In this document: piece after piece, positions 1 through 10,401 of the stretch | Layout: every line of letters begins with the position of its first letter | Numbering within the stretch: position 1 is the first letter of the stretch | DNA from: a virus | Lineage: Duplodnaviria; Caudoviricetes | IMG/VR virus record: IMGVR_UViG_3300020472_000040 | Location: 1 to 50,666 of that record | DNA length: 50,666 bases | Direction: 5' to 3' (one strand) | Position numbers and translations under genes: made by a program | Notes under the pieces: generated by a model | Told to the model about the DNA's origin: nothing | The model's database searches: none | Seen by the model: only the letters and a program-made list of their open reading frames with translations

Positions 1-224
1 AAGAGTCTTATGATGAGATGGTAAAATCTTTTTATAAAACATTACCTCTTCCAACTATTAGAGCTATACTATATAGAATGGGACTTAAACGAGCTATTTA
101 TGAAGAGCCTTTTGATTGGGAAAAAGCTACTTCTCCATCAGCACGAACAGAGGCTACCACTAGGTTTAGTAAGGGTGGTCAAGTTACAGAATTAAAAAAA
201 AGATTACAACAAAGGAATAAATAA
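1..224 (+). CDS. C-terminal part of a large putative internal virion protein (5' truncated)
   Basis: Frame is open from the window start (ESYDEM...). Ends with RFSKGGQV. Probably the C-terminus of the gene starting at 49166. Confidence 0.6.
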   Translation, partial: ESYDEMVKSFYKTLPLPTIRAILYRMGLKRAIYEEPFDWEKATSPSARTEATTRFSKGGQVTELKKRLQQRNK

Positions 225-225
225 T

Positions 226-1005
<780 letters not shown>

Positions 1006-1041
1006 GGTATAGCTTCTTAAAGACAACAAAAACAATAACAA

Positions 1042-1065
1042 TAACTTGCTTAATGAAAGGAGTTA
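1042..1065 (+). promoter_or_regulatory. ROSE-like RNA thermometer hairpin occluding the hsp20 Shine-Dalgarno
   Basis: UAACUU-G-CUU pairs with AAGGAGUUA; UUGCU with bulged G lies opposite AGGA, 3 nt before the ATG at 1069. Confidence 0.65.
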
Positions 1066-1068
1066 ATT

Positions 1069-1503
1069 ATGAATATACCTACAACAAGAGGTCTGGTATT
1101 TAATGCAGACCCATTTAAAAACTTAACAGTCGGCTTTGATTCTATCTTTGACCAACTGTCTTCAATGTCAAACTTTGAAGCACCGAGCTACCCACCTTAC
1201 AACATTCGTAAGATTGGTACTGATGGTTATGAATTGGAAATGGCTTTAGCAGGATTCACTAAAGATGATATCGATGTTGAAGTTAAAGAAGATGTCTTAA
1301 CTGTCTCAGCTTCTAAGGAGACTAAAGATAAGGAAGAAAGTTTCCTTCATAAAGGAATAGCCAAGAGAGCTTTCACTAGACGATGGACTCTTGCAGAACA
1401 TCTTGAAGTAAAGGATGCAGAATTTAAAGATGGTATCCTTTTAGTTAAGATGAAACTTAATCTTCCTGAAGAAAAGAAGAGTAAAACAATCGAAATAAAA
1501 TAA
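1069..1503 (+). CDS. hsp20: Small heat shock protein (Hsp20/IbpA family)
   Basis: YPPYNI, ELEMALAGF, FLHKGIAKRAFTR, A.FKDGIL.V and C-terminal IEI motifs. Confidence 0.97.
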   Translation: MNIPTTRGLVFNADPFKNLTVGFDSIFDQLSSMSNFEAPSYPPYNIRKIGTDGYELEMALAGFTKDDIDVEVKEDVLTVSASKETKDKEESFLHKGIAKRAFTRRWTLAEHLEVKDAEFKDGILLVKMKLNLPEEKKSKTIEIK

Positions 1504-1628
1504 CCTCGTGTTTGGGGCAGGAGGAAATTTCAGTGCATTCTAGACAAAAAAAAACGCTCTAGGATGCACGAGGATTAACAAATCGGAGGTGTCTAATACC
1601 GTAGCACCCCTTAAAAAAGGAGAAAAAA

Positions 1629-1739
1629 ATGGAAAAACTAATACAAATAAAAGATTGGTTTATAGACCTAGAAAAGAAATGGAAGATTGCTATTGCCGTT
1701 GGTGTAGTAATTATCATTGCTCTTATTGTAGGTGTTTAA
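1629..1739 (+). CDS. 36-aa single-TM membrane protein (not in ORF track), possible lysis accessory
   Basis: SD AAGGAG then ATG; MEKLIQIKDWFIDLEKKWKIAIAVGVVIIIALIVGV; stop abuts the holin ATG. Confidence 0.75.
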   Translation: MEKLIQIKDWFIDLEKKWKIAIAVGVVIIIALIVGV

Positions 1740-2126
1740 ATGATTTTAGATGTACTAAAACTAGCAGTCGGTGCTGGTACTCATATAATGAAGAACAGAC
1801 AAAAGCGTAAGATGCTTGAGTCTGATGCAGCTATGGTTCATGCACAGAAGATGGCTAATGGTGAGATTGAATATCAACAAGTTGTCAGGAAATCACAGGA
1901 CAATGGATGGAAAGACGAGTTCGTTTTGATTTTAATTTCGCTCCCGATTTTACTTTTAATATGGAGTGTCTTTAGTGACGACCCAATGATTAAAGAAAAA
2001 ATAGATATATTCTTTGTACAGTTTGCAGCTCTCCCGATGTGGTACCAGATGCTATTTGTCGGCGTGGTCGGTAGTATATACGGACTCAAGGGCGTGGATA
2101 TATTTAAGAACAATCAGAAAAAATGA
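1740..2126 (+). CDS. Putative holin (GTA 3TM-like)
   Basis: WKDEF followed by a TM segment, then LP.WY and a second TM segment; basic C-terminus. Confidence 0.75.
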   Translation: MILDVLKLAVGAGTHIMKNRQKRKMLESDAAMVHAQKMANGEIEYQQVVRKSQDNGWKDEFVLILISLPILLLIWSVFSDDPMIKEKIDIFFVQFAALPMWYQMLFVGVVGSIYGLKGVDIFKNNQKK

Positions 2127-2356
2127 TTTGGTTAATAACAGCTATGTTAGTGTATGCTGACCCACAAAACCCAGTATACACTGACTATCTTACAAAGTCT
2201 TTTGAGACAAAAACAGAATGTTTAAATTATGTTCATTGGAATATGGTTCATTTAGTGGATGGTGTTTATGAATCACATCGTTTTAAAGAAGGGGAAGAGT
2301 TAACTACATTCTCTTTTTTCTGTGAAAATAGATATGTAAATCTGGATGAAGTCTAA
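2123..2356 (+). CDS. Hypothetical protein with N-terminal hydrophobic segment
   Basis: ATGA overlap with holin; 77 aa; two Cys. Confidence 0.65.
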   Translation: MIWLITAMLVYADPQNPVYTDYLTKSFETKTECLNYVHWNMVHLVDGVYESHRFKEGEELTTFSFFCENRYVNLDEV

Positions 2357-2739
2357 TATAAGTTAGTCCATTCTTTTATATTATTTTTTATAGATATAAA
2401 ATCATTTGATACATTCATTGTTGGTTCGTTTGGATAAAGAAAGATAACACATTTTTCTGTTAAATCTAAATCTACTTTTATTTCAGAAGGAACATAACCA
2501 GCTCCAATTTCTAAACGATGTACAGTTTCCTCTGCATCTTTATTTAATCTATAAGCCTCTCCTTTAATTTTAAATCCTTCCTTTTCTTTTCTATATACTA
2601 TAGGAAAAGCACCATAAGAAAAATCTTTAATATCAAAACTGTTATCTACAGTTTCAACTTCCCCTAAAAAATCTGACTGTTCTACAATAAAATGTAGTCT
2701 ATGGTCTTTCTTTAATGTACCGTACAAAAAATAAATCAT
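2353..2739 (-). CDS. Gamma-glutamylcyclotransferase (GGCT/AIG2-like)
   Basis: N-terminal YFLYGTLK, FP, I.GE.Y and LE...Y motifs. Confidence 0.88.
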   Translation of the reverse strand: MIYFLYGTLKKDHRLHFIVEQSDFLGEVETVDNSFDIKDFSYGAFPIVYRKEKEGFKIKGEAYRLNKDAEETVHRLEIGAGYVPSEIKVDLDLTEKCVIFLYPNEPTMNVSNDFISIKNNIKEWTNLY

Positions 2740-2741
2740 TA

Positions 2742-2984
2742 TTAATTAATAGAATTAATATATCTTTGTATCCACTTTTCAACTTCTTGAAATTTTATTT
2801 TTAGTTCTTTGACTAAACCAATATAAAAATGTTTTTCTTCTTCACTTCTTTTAAAAGTTTCATTTAATATATCGGACTTATCTTCTGGAAGAGTCGATAC
2901 TTCTGATATTAATTCTCCTTTAGTGTTTACTAGAATACTATAACTAGCAACTACCCCTTCATTAATTTTCTTTTTTCTTTTCAT
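2742..2984 (-). CDS. Hypothetical protein
   Basis: 80 aa ORF tightly packed between nrdJ and GGCT. Confidence 0.65.
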   Translation of the reverse strand: MKRKKKINEGVVASYSILVNTKGELISEVSTLPEDKSDILNETFKRSEEEKHFYIGLVKELKIKFQEVEKWIQRYINSIN

Positions 2985-2986
2985 TA

Positions 2987-4921
2987 TTAATCCTCTTGAG
3001 GAGCAGACACATCAACTAATTCACATACTCCCCCAGTACAAGCAAGTTCTTGAGAACCTGTTGTGTTGTCTTCTGATTCATAATTTTTTAATAAAGAAAA
3101 ATCTATAGTACGTGGCATTTTCTTTTTTAACTCAAGGTATTCATCTTTTGTTACATCTTGATAAGGTGCTTGTTTGTAAACGTGGTCAGTATAAGGAAGA
3201 AAACTTATACCAGATATTTTATCAAAGTTCTCATACACCCAAGCTCCAACAGACATCCACTCCTCTTCCTTTACACTTACCGTACAAGAAGGTTTGTGTT
3301 CACACCACTCATCTTGATATTTTTTCCACATTTTTAATTGCTCTATAGCTCCCATTGAATGTCTAGTAATAGAATTCTTTGGAGAAGCTGTAGGAAAAGA
3401 AAACACTATAACAGAATCTGGTTTAGTTATATCAGGTTCATTAGGTATTCCTTTGTCCATCATTAATTGTGTAAGAGGGTCTTTCTTATCACACCTGACA
3501 GTTCTAATATAATAAGGACTATGTCTTGTATGAATTCCAGAAGCACTATCAACTAACTGACTTACCGTGCCACTAGGTTTTACACAAGTAATGGCTGTAG
3601 ACTGAGGTATCTTTAGTCTCTTAGCAAATTCCTTATTAGTATCAATAGATACTTGTTTTAATCCAGAAAGAAAATTCTTTTGTGGATTATTTGTTAAAGT
3701 TGAATCCATAATACCAGTCAATGATACACCTAATAATCTTTCATCTTCCGTATTTTGTTTCCATATCTTTCTAATATATTTAAAATCAGTAAGAGTTGAT
3801 TGGAATGTTCCAAGTATTGTTGCCAATCTAACTTTCTCTCTTAAAGATTTCTCTGTATCAGAAGCACGAACAACTACCTCAGTTAAATTACAAAACTGAT
3901 AAGGTCTAAGTATAATTTCTGAACAAGGGTTAGTTCCAAATTCATGTTCAATATCACGACGACCATTCTCTGATGCTTTATCTTTAGCGGCTTGTCTATT
4001 AAAGATTCCTCTCTCTCCAGACTTACTATCATAAAGAGATTTCCACTCAGACATATACAAAGCCATGTCTGGTGTACGAGAATAACAAGCAGAGTTATTT
4101 GATAATGCTCTTTGTGGGTCAGTTAACCACCATTGTCCACTCTTAGCATTACGAAGTCTATCGTCTTGGATATTACTAAGTGATATTAAAGCTGACCTAC
4201 GAACACCACCTACAACTACAACTTCTCCTATCTTACAAACTAAATCATGACACTCAAGAGCATCAAGCTTTCTACCAGCAGCATTTTTAAATGTTGTAAT
4301 CGCAAAGTCAAATAAATCTACAAGAGGTTGAGGCCCACTAGCACGACCACCAAATGTTTTAAGTCTTGCACCTGCTGGTCTTATTCTTGTTACATCTATC
4401 TTTGGTACTTGACCACTATAAAGCATAGCAAGTAATTCTCTTAAAGATTTTGCCCAACCAGTTCTACTATCTTGTACTACGACAACAGTATCACTATCTT
4501 CAAATTCTTCAGCTATGGTTGGTAACTCTTCTACATAATCTCTTTCAACAGAAAAACCTACACCAGTTCCACACATAAGAATATACATAACTTCATCAAA
4601 ACTTCTTACATCGTTAATAGGAAGATAACTACAGTTATATCCTGCAGTATGGTCTCTTTTTAAAGCATTACCTGCCGTCATTAGTGACCTCATTGATGGC
4701 ATAATACCCAAACTTAATACTTGTTCTTCTAATTCTTTTCTTAATTCTTTAGGCAACACATATTTTTGAGTTTCTTTTAAATGTTCCTCCATAAAATTAA
4801 AGTATCTACTTACAGTTTCATCCCAACTCTCCCTTCTTTTTTCTTCATCTATAAATCTTGCATACCTAGATGCGTGAATAAATTGTTGGTATGTAGTAGG
4901 TAGATAATTATTATTGGTCAT
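2987..4921 (-). CDS. nrdJ: Class II (adenosylcobalamin-dependent) ribonucleotide reductase
   Basis: MPSMR, YNC, GTGVGFS, VVVGGVRRSA, TNPCSEI, CNLTE, TCVKPSGTVS, C-terminal CTGGVC; no NrdB gene nearby. Confidence 0.93.
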   Translation of the reverse strand: MTNNNYLPTTYQQFIHASRYARFIDEEKRRESWDETVSRYFNFMEEHLKETQKYVLPKELRKELEEQVLSLGIMPSMRSLMTAGNALKRDHTAGYNCSYLPINDVRSFDEVMYILMCGTGVGFSVERDYVEELPTIAEEFEDSDTVVVVQDSRTGWAKSLRELLAMLYSGQVPKIDVTRIRPAGARLKTFGGRASGPQPLVDLFDFAITTFKNAAGRKLDALECHDLVCKIGEVVVVGGVRRSALISLSNIQDDRLRNAKSGQWWLTDPQRALSNNSACYSRTPDMALYMSEWKSLYDSKSGERGIFNRQAAKDKASENGRRDIEHEFGTNPCSEIILRPYQFCNLTEVVVRASDTEKSLREKVRLATILGTFQSTLTDFKYIRKIWKQNTEDERLLGVSLTGIMDSTLTNNPQKNFLSGLKQVSIDTNKEFAKRLKIPQSTAITCVKPSGTVSQLVDSASGIHTRHSPYYIRTVRCDKKDPLTQLMMDKGIPNEPDITKPDSVIVFSFPTASPKNSITRHSMGAIEQLKMWKKYQDEWCEHKPSCTVSVKEEEWMSVGAWVYENFDKISGISFLPYTDHVYKQAPYQDVTKDEYLELKKKMPRTIDFSLLKNYESEDNTTGSQELACTGGVCELVDVSAPQED

Positions 4922-5213
4922 TGTTATTTTCTCCTTCTGCTAATTCTCCTGCTATGACACTATATCCTGCCATATCTATATAATCATCTGGGTTATGACA
5001 CCCTGCTTTTGTTCTTGCTGTTTTTAATAACACCATCATCAATGCAACATCAAGACCATTTATTTTTGTGTCAAGATATGCTGACCACATCTTAGCAATA
5101 TTATCGTGATTAATTTTTTTATTTCCGTGTGTGTTTTCTCTATCTATAGAAACAATATCTCTTACTTTATCTACTATCTCTATAACTTTATCATCAGTGT
5201 AAACTTGGGTCAT
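4911..5213 (-). CDS. Conserved phage protein (DUF6378-like)
   Basis: HG...IA.MWSAYL, DVALMMVLLK.AR, DDYIDMAGY pattern. Confidence 0.75.
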   Translation of the reverse strand: MTQVYTDDKVIEIVDKVRDIVSIDRENTHGNKKINHDNIAKMWSAYLDTKINGLDVALMMVLLKTARTKAGCHNPDDYIDMAGYSVIAGELAEGENNNDQ

Positions 5214-5451
5214 TATTTTTTTTTACCTTTCCTTGTGCTAATAAACTTAATACTTCCATTTCCATTTCTCTTGCTCCTATATAATATAAAAGCTCTGTGT
5301 TATGTGTAACTAACCACTTTATACCGTGAGATATGGTATCAACTCCTGGGTCTTCAGTATAATTTATTAGTTCAAAACCAACATCTCCTTTTCTTGGAGT
5401 GTTAGGAGTTAATATTATATATGCTTTATCTTTCGATATTTTTGTTGACAT
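5194..5451 (-). CDS. Hypothetical protein
   Basis: 85 aa ORF coupled to its neighbours. Confidence 0.65.
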   Translation of the reverse strand: MSTKISKDKAYIILTPNTPRKGDVGFELINYTEDPGVDTISHGIKWLVTHNTELLYYIGAREMEMEVLSLLAQGKVKKNNDPSLH

Positions 5452-5820
5452 TTATTTCATCCAATCTAAAGGCACTTCTTTTTCACACCAAATAAAATCA
5501 TTAGCTTCACACCAATCACTATACTTAGTCTTTGAACCTTTTCTTATTTTATTATTCGCATTCATAAAACAAAAACGAACATCGTAATTAGTTTGTTGTT
5601 GTATCCATAAATGTTTTTTTCTATCGTCTAAAGTTAAAACTCCTTTTAACTCTACAAAAATATCAGTCTTTGGAAAATATAAATCGGGTAAGTAAGTCCT
5701 ATTTATTTCTGGTTGAACAAATTTAATAATATATTCTTCATATTTATATTTTATTTTTTTTCTTTTAATTTTTTCAACAACTATTTTCTCAAACTTAGAG
5801 CGGTATCGGGCCTTCATCAA
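5452..5820 (-). CDS. T7 gp3-like endonuclease I (Holliday junction resolvase)
   Basis: YRSKFE, YLPD, VELKG, DRKKH, SKT.Y.DWC..N.F.W motifs. Confidence 0.92.
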   Translation of the reverse strand: MMKARYRSKFEKIVVEKIKRKKIKYKYEEYIIKFVQPEINRTYLPDLYFPKTDIFVELKGVLTLDDRKKHLWIQQQTNYDVRFCFMNANNKIRKGSKTKYSDWCEANDFIWCEKEVPLDWMK

Positions 5821-6106
5821 TCATCTTCTCTCTTCTTAATTGTCTCTCACTAGGCTGAGCACTTTTATTTAAATCATCATAAGTCCAATGAGGATTTCTT
5901 TTTAATCTTTTCATTACCCATTTAAAAGACCAAGCACTTAAATGTAATTGAAAGTTATTTATATAATGTGTTTGTGTGGGCATCAATGAGATTATGTTTT
6001 TAATGTTAACTTTTTTTTGTTCTTCTTCTGGTAAAAGATTTCTTAACCACTCAACTAATATCTCTTTAGTTTTTCTTCTTAAAATTTTTATTTTTTTTCT
6101 ATTCAT
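5795..6106 (-). CDS. Hypothetical conserved phage protein
   Basis: 103 aa basic ORF overlapping both neighbours. Confidence 0.7.
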   Translation of the reverse strand: MNRKKIKILRRKTKEILVEWLRNLLPEEEQKKVNIKNIISLMPTQTHYINNFQLHLSAWSFKWVMKRLKRNPHWTYDDLNKSAQPSERQLRREKMIDEGPIPL

Positions 6107-7013
6107 ATTGTGATGTTATCTCTTCTACCTTTGGTAGATTAGCTACAGTTGTCATAAACACATTGGAATTAGAATATTTAAATACTCTCAACCCATTGCC
6201 TTCATTAGAATCACTATGACAAACAAACTTATGAGGACAGTACACACACCCAACAGGAAGTTTGAAGTTTCCAGTCTTATCGTGAGGAATCGGCTCATAA
6301 CATTTCTTAGGTGGTTCATTAGCTTTTAGTTTCTCCTTTAAATCTTTAATTAATTTTTCTGCATTTGGTTTCATTAGTTCGTCGGGTCTAAATAAAGTAA
6401 TCTCTCCAGATGATTTGTTTATTGCAAGTAATCCCCCACCACTTGTACTTTCATTGTGTTCATATCCAGATAGTTGAGGGATATATCCAAACGGGTCGTC
6501 TTCATAGAGAGTACCGTTTTTAAATTTTTTAAAAGACATAGCAGACGCAGACTTAACATCAACTACTTCCCCATCAATCTTACAATCCATATGTCCATTA
6601 ACATCTTCTACTTGTACTTTCTTTTGTTGGTCAGTAACTTTGTGTCCTGCGACATCAACAAGAAACAGAAGAAGATGTTCTAGTAAATGACCGTATAAAA
6701 ATTTTAGTTGTGTAGCAGGGTCATATACTTCTTCTTTATCATCTCTTTTTAAATGTTTATCATACCAAAGTTGTCTAGCTGGTCTACCTATCACAGACAT
6801 TCTTAATTCTTTACCAGAACTTTTTCTCGGTTGAAGCCAATCAAGTAAAGCTAATTTAGTATTGTTTAAAAATTTATCTATCTGTTCTTCTTTTACATCT
6901 GGAGCTTTACCACTAGATATATTTGTAAGAACATTATTTATATCTTTAATTAAAGTATCTAAAGTTTTATTAGTGTGTTTGTTCCCAGTTGTTTCCATAT
7001 TTATATTCTCCAT
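6099..7013 (-). CDS. PD-(D/E)XK exonuclease (Cas4/RecB-like phage exonuclease)
   Basis: LRMS.IG, RQLWY, GHMD..IDG..VDVKS, Y..Q..Y, C-terminal C.YC..K..C. Confidence 0.85.
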   Translation of the reverse strand: MENINMETTGNKHTNKTLDTLIKDINNVLTNISSGKAPDVKEEQIDKFLNNTKLALLDWLQPRKSSGKELRMSVIGRPARQLWYDKHLKRDDKEEVYDPATQLKFLYGHLLEHLLLFLVDVAGHKVTDQQKKVQVEDVNGHMDCKIDGEVVDVKSASAMSFKKFKNGTLYEDDPFGYIPQLSGYEHNESTSGGGLLAINKSSGEITLFRPDELMKPNAEKLIKDLKEKLKANEPPKKCYEPIPHDKTGNFKLPVGCVYCPHKFVCHSDSNEGNGLRVFKYSNSNVFMTTVANLPKVEEITSQYE

Positions 7014-8703
7014 TTAAAGGACATCTAATTCCTAATTCTTTACCTGCATTGATAATAGAATCAACAGCAATACTTCCAAAATCTTCGGCTTGAGATTCAA
7101 GAACTTCATACTGAAATTCATCATGAACATTAGCTACTGGTCTTGCTTTTAAATTTAATTCTTTTATTTTCTTATCAAGAATAATTAAAGCTTTCTTCAT
7201 TACAATAGCTCCTCCCCCTTGAATTAAGGTGTTGAGTGCCGAGTGTTTGTTTCTGATTTTAAGTCTTCTTCCATCAATTCCTTTGAGCCAACCTTTGCCA
7301 GAAGCTCTGTCCACTCTCTCTCTAAATTTTGCAAGGGCAGGAGTACTTCTGAGAAATCTTGCTTTAATCTTTTTACCATAGTTTCTGGAGCCTCCACAGA
7401 TAGCTCCGAGTTTTTCGTCACCTGCTCCATATATGAAGGCATAGATGAAAGTCTTTGCTTGGTCTCTCGTGCTAAGTCCAGCAAGAGTTTGATTTGTAAT
7501 GTGTATATCTCCATTGATGATAGCATCTATATATCCTTTATCATTCATATAGTGAGAAAGTATTCTTAACTCAAGACCAGAAGCATCTACTCCCACTAGT
7601 TTATAGCCTTCTGGAACTACCCATAATTCTCTACATTCTTTACCGTAGGGAGAATACACTGCAGGAACTTGAGCCATGTTGGGCGACTGGTGACTCATTC
7701 TACCAGTGATAGCACCATTGGTTATCACTCTTCCGTGTACTCTCCCGTCATCTGCTACTGCCTCTACCCAAGATTCAACTTGAGCAATTCGTTTCTGCAG
7801 TAGAAGAAACTCTTTAATAAGCTCTGCTTCTGGTATATCTGTAATACCTTCAAGAACTTTTTCATCTACAATAACGTGTCCTTTATCAGTAAACTTCTTC
7901 GGTTCCCATCCAAAGTATTGTAGATATCTAGCAATCTGCTGTCGACTACCAAGATTAAACTCTTTCATTTCTATAAGAGAAAAATCTCCTTTAACATTTA
8001 CCCACCCCTCTCCCAGACTATTGAGTCCAACCGTACTAAGAGAACCGTCTTTACGATAACGAGGTTTTATTATCTTGACAAAGGTTGGCAGTGGTATAAA
8101 TCTTTCTTTAACCTTTTGTTCAATTTCATTTATCTTTTCTTTCAGTTTACCTAACAAAAGGTCTGCCTTCATTAAATCAAAAAGAAAACCATTGTTCTCT
8201 TGTTGAGCTATTATTCTAGATATCTCATGCTCTATCCTAATAGCCTCACTTGAAAAATCTGGGCTACCTTTAATAAGATAAGCCAAAACTTTTTCAGTAA
8301 GCTCTACATCCCTGATACAATACTCAAGCATTTCATCAGAGTACTCAGAGAAATCTTTGAAGTCTAACTTACCAAACCTCAATCTCTCTCCGAAAGATTT
8401 TAAAGAATGTCCACCGTCTCTAACTGGGTCAAACAATCTTGATAAAACTAAAGTATCAATAACTTTACCTGTCTTATGTAAGTCTACTCCAATAACTTTT
8501 TTAATTACTGGAGCATCAAAACCTATTATGTTATGACCAACAAACTCATCACAGCTATTAATATAACTGGTAAACTTATCAAAATCATTCTCTTTAAAAT
8601 ATGTAATTCCTTTGTCATCTTTACATACAATAAGAAATATTTTTTCTGGTAAGGTACCAGCAATAATTTCTGTTGTTTCAACATCTAAAAATACTCGTTT
8701 CAT
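6970..8703 (-). CDS. T7-like family A DNA polymerase with 3'-5' exonuclease
   Basis: Exo motifs DVET, GHNIIGFD, YC..D; pol motifs DASGLELR, RDQAKTFIYAFIYG, VHDE. Confidence 0.97.
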   Translation of the reverse strand: MKRVFLDVETTEIIAGTLPEKIFLIVCKDDKGITYFKENDFDKFTSYINSCDEFVGHNIIGFDAPVIKKVIGVDLHKTGKVIDTLVLSRLFDPVRDGGHSLKSFGERLRFGKLDFKDFSEYSDEMLEYCIRDVELTEKVLAYLIKGSPDFSSEAIRIEHEISRIIAQQENNGFLFDLMKADLLLGKLKEKINEIEQKVKERFIPLPTFVKIIKPRYRKDGSLSTVGLNSLGEGWVNVKGDFSLIEMKEFNLGSRQQIARYLQYFGWEPKKFTDKGHVIVDEKVLEGITDIPEAELIKEFLLLQKRIAQVESWVEAVADDGRVHGRVITNGAITGRMSHQSPNMAQVPAVYSPYGKECRELWVVPEGYKLVGVDASGLELRILSHYMNDKGYIDAIINGDIHITNQTLAGLSTRDQAKTFIYAFIYGAGDEKLGAICGGSRNYGKKIKARFLRSTPALAKFRERVDRASGKGWLKGIDGRRLKIRNKHSALNTLIQGGGAIVMKKALIILDKKIKELNLKARPVANVHDEFQYEVLESQAEDFGSIAVDSIINAGKELGIRCPLNGEYKYGNNWEQTH

Positions 8704-8717
8704 CTTCGCCCTTTTTG

Positions 8718-10373
8718 TTATAAACTTTCATCTTCAAACTCTTCTCCAGTCGGCTTCTCTGTTTCATGTAACCTACCCGTATCCTTATCATAATATAAGT
8801 AAGTGGCTGGGCCAGTCATACCAACAAATCTATTCTTTAATACTCTAATACAAGTCGTATTTCTAATGATAGGGTTATCATGTTGAGCATCTCGTTCAAG
8901 ACCAATAACCATATCAGATAGCTGACCAATAGAAGCTGAGCCTCTTAGTTGAGATAAAGAAGTCGCAGCTCCATCTTCGTGTCCTTTGCCTTCTGGTCTG
9001 CGTAAGTGAGAGATAAGTAATAAAGATATGTCTGTCTCTTCAACAAGTGTTCTTAGCTTTGTCATAATCTCATCAAGTGCTTTTCTTTCATCACCATACT
9101 CTTGAGAGGATACAACCATACTTATATGGTCTAGTATAATATATCTACAATCAAGAGCTTTAGCCATATACCTTACTCTTGCTACTATATTATCTACTGA
9201 GTTAGAACCAAAATGTTTATAGAAATAAAATCGACCAGTACCTACAGTAGAGTCAAAGTACTTTCTTTTTTCCTCTTCACTCATATGAATGTCTGGTCTT
9301 CTTAAAGGTAGGTTAGCTTCGACACTCATAATATCTAGTGCAGTAATCTTAGGACTTTCCTCAAGCATAATCATACCAATTTGAGAATCAGTATTTTTAA
9401 ATAGATTATAAACTAATTCTTTTATAACAGAAGTTTTACCTAGCCCAGTACCTGCAGTAAAAGTAACTAACTCACCACTACGGATACCATAGGTCATATC
9501 ATCTAGACCTTCCCACCCATAGTTAACTGTCGACCTTACTACTGGAGCAAGTACTTCTTCAAGTAAAGATTCTCCTTTTACAATTCCGTCAGGAGCATAC
9601 ACTGGTGCGTTCCACCAAGATTTAATATACTCTTGATATTTATTTGCTTTAAGTAAATCATTGGCATCTTTATAACCCTCTGGTAGTTTTAGTATTCGTA
9701 CCTTTGAAGGAGAAAATAGCTCTGCTACTTTTTTACTTGCCTCTCTACCAACATCATCATTATCAAAGTTAATAACAATATTATCAAACTGGTCTAACCA
9801 ATCATAACTTTTCTTTATATCTTTAATAGCAGAAGCTACACCATTTTTAATACTAACTACTGCATACTTTGAACCAAGTAATTGATAGACTGATAACGCA
9901 TCAATCTCACCCTCTGTTATGGTAACATACTTACCACCATTAAACAACTGCTGACCGAACAATCCAGATTCAGAGGTTGAACCCTTTATCGAAAATTGTT
10001 TTCCCTTGACGTACCTAGTTTTAGTAGCCAATAAAGAACCAGTAGAGTCGTAGTATGGGTAGATGTGTCTATCAACAACACCACTTGCCTCGCTGATGAC
10101 CTTAACTCCGTACTTTCTAACCGTGTCTTCGTTGATACATCTATCGCCGATAGCACTAAAAGTACCTGCGTTATTTTCTATTACTATTGGTTTTGTTTGA
10201 ACTGCTTGAATGCCCATTGCGTCGCCCTCTTCTATGTTTGTTTGTTCTGGTGGAAAGTAAGTGTTGCAAGAGAAACAGTAAGAACTACCGTTTTTATTTA
10301 CACTTCTTGCATCACTACTTCCACACTTATCACAAGCTATGTGATACTTAACAAAGTTATTATCTTCATCCAT
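8718..10373 (-). CDS. T7 gp4-like primase-helicase
   Basis: Zn finger CDKC...CFSC, TOPRIM EGEIDA and FDND, Walker A AGTGLGKT, LDHIS, LRGS; start at 10373 preferred over 10391 because AGGGCGA lies just upstream. Confidence 0.96.
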   Translation of the reverse strand: MDEDNNFVKYHIACDKCGSSDARSVNKNGSSYCFSCNTYFPPEQTNIEEGDAMGIQAVQTKPIVIENNAGTFSAIGDRCINEDTVRKYGVKVISEASGVVDRHIYPYYDSTGSLLATKTRYVKGKQFSIKGSTSESGLFGQQLFNGGKYVTITEGEIDALSVYQLLGSKYAVVSIKNGVASAIKDIKKSYDWLDQFDNIVINFDNDDVGREASKKVAELFSPSKVRILKLPEGYKDANDLLKANKYQEYIKSWWNAPVYAPDGIVKGESLLEEVLAPVVRSTVNYGWEGLDDMTYGIRSGELVTFTAGTGLGKTSVIKELVYNLFKNTDSQIGMIMLEESPKITALDIMSVEANLPLRRPDIHMSEEEKRKYFDSTVGTGRFYFYKHFGSNSVDNIVARVRYMAKALDCRYIILDHISMVVSSQEYGDERKALDEIMTKLRTLVEETDISLLLISHLRRPEGKGHEDGAATSLSQLRGSASIGQLSDMVIGLERDAQHDNPIIRNTTCIRVLKNRFVGMTGPATYLYYDKDTGRLHETEKPTGEEFEDESL

Positions 10374-10401
10374 TGTTGTCGCCCTATTCATTCTGAATTA
10401 A

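Noticed and set aside
1589-1810. 73-aa Cys-rich ORF from the track
   Set aside because: Shadow frame; the 1629-1739 ORF has the SD and a TM segment and abuts the holin
6099-7013. CRISPR-associated Cas4
   Set aside because: Sits in the replication module like other podovirus exonucleases; no array or other cas genes
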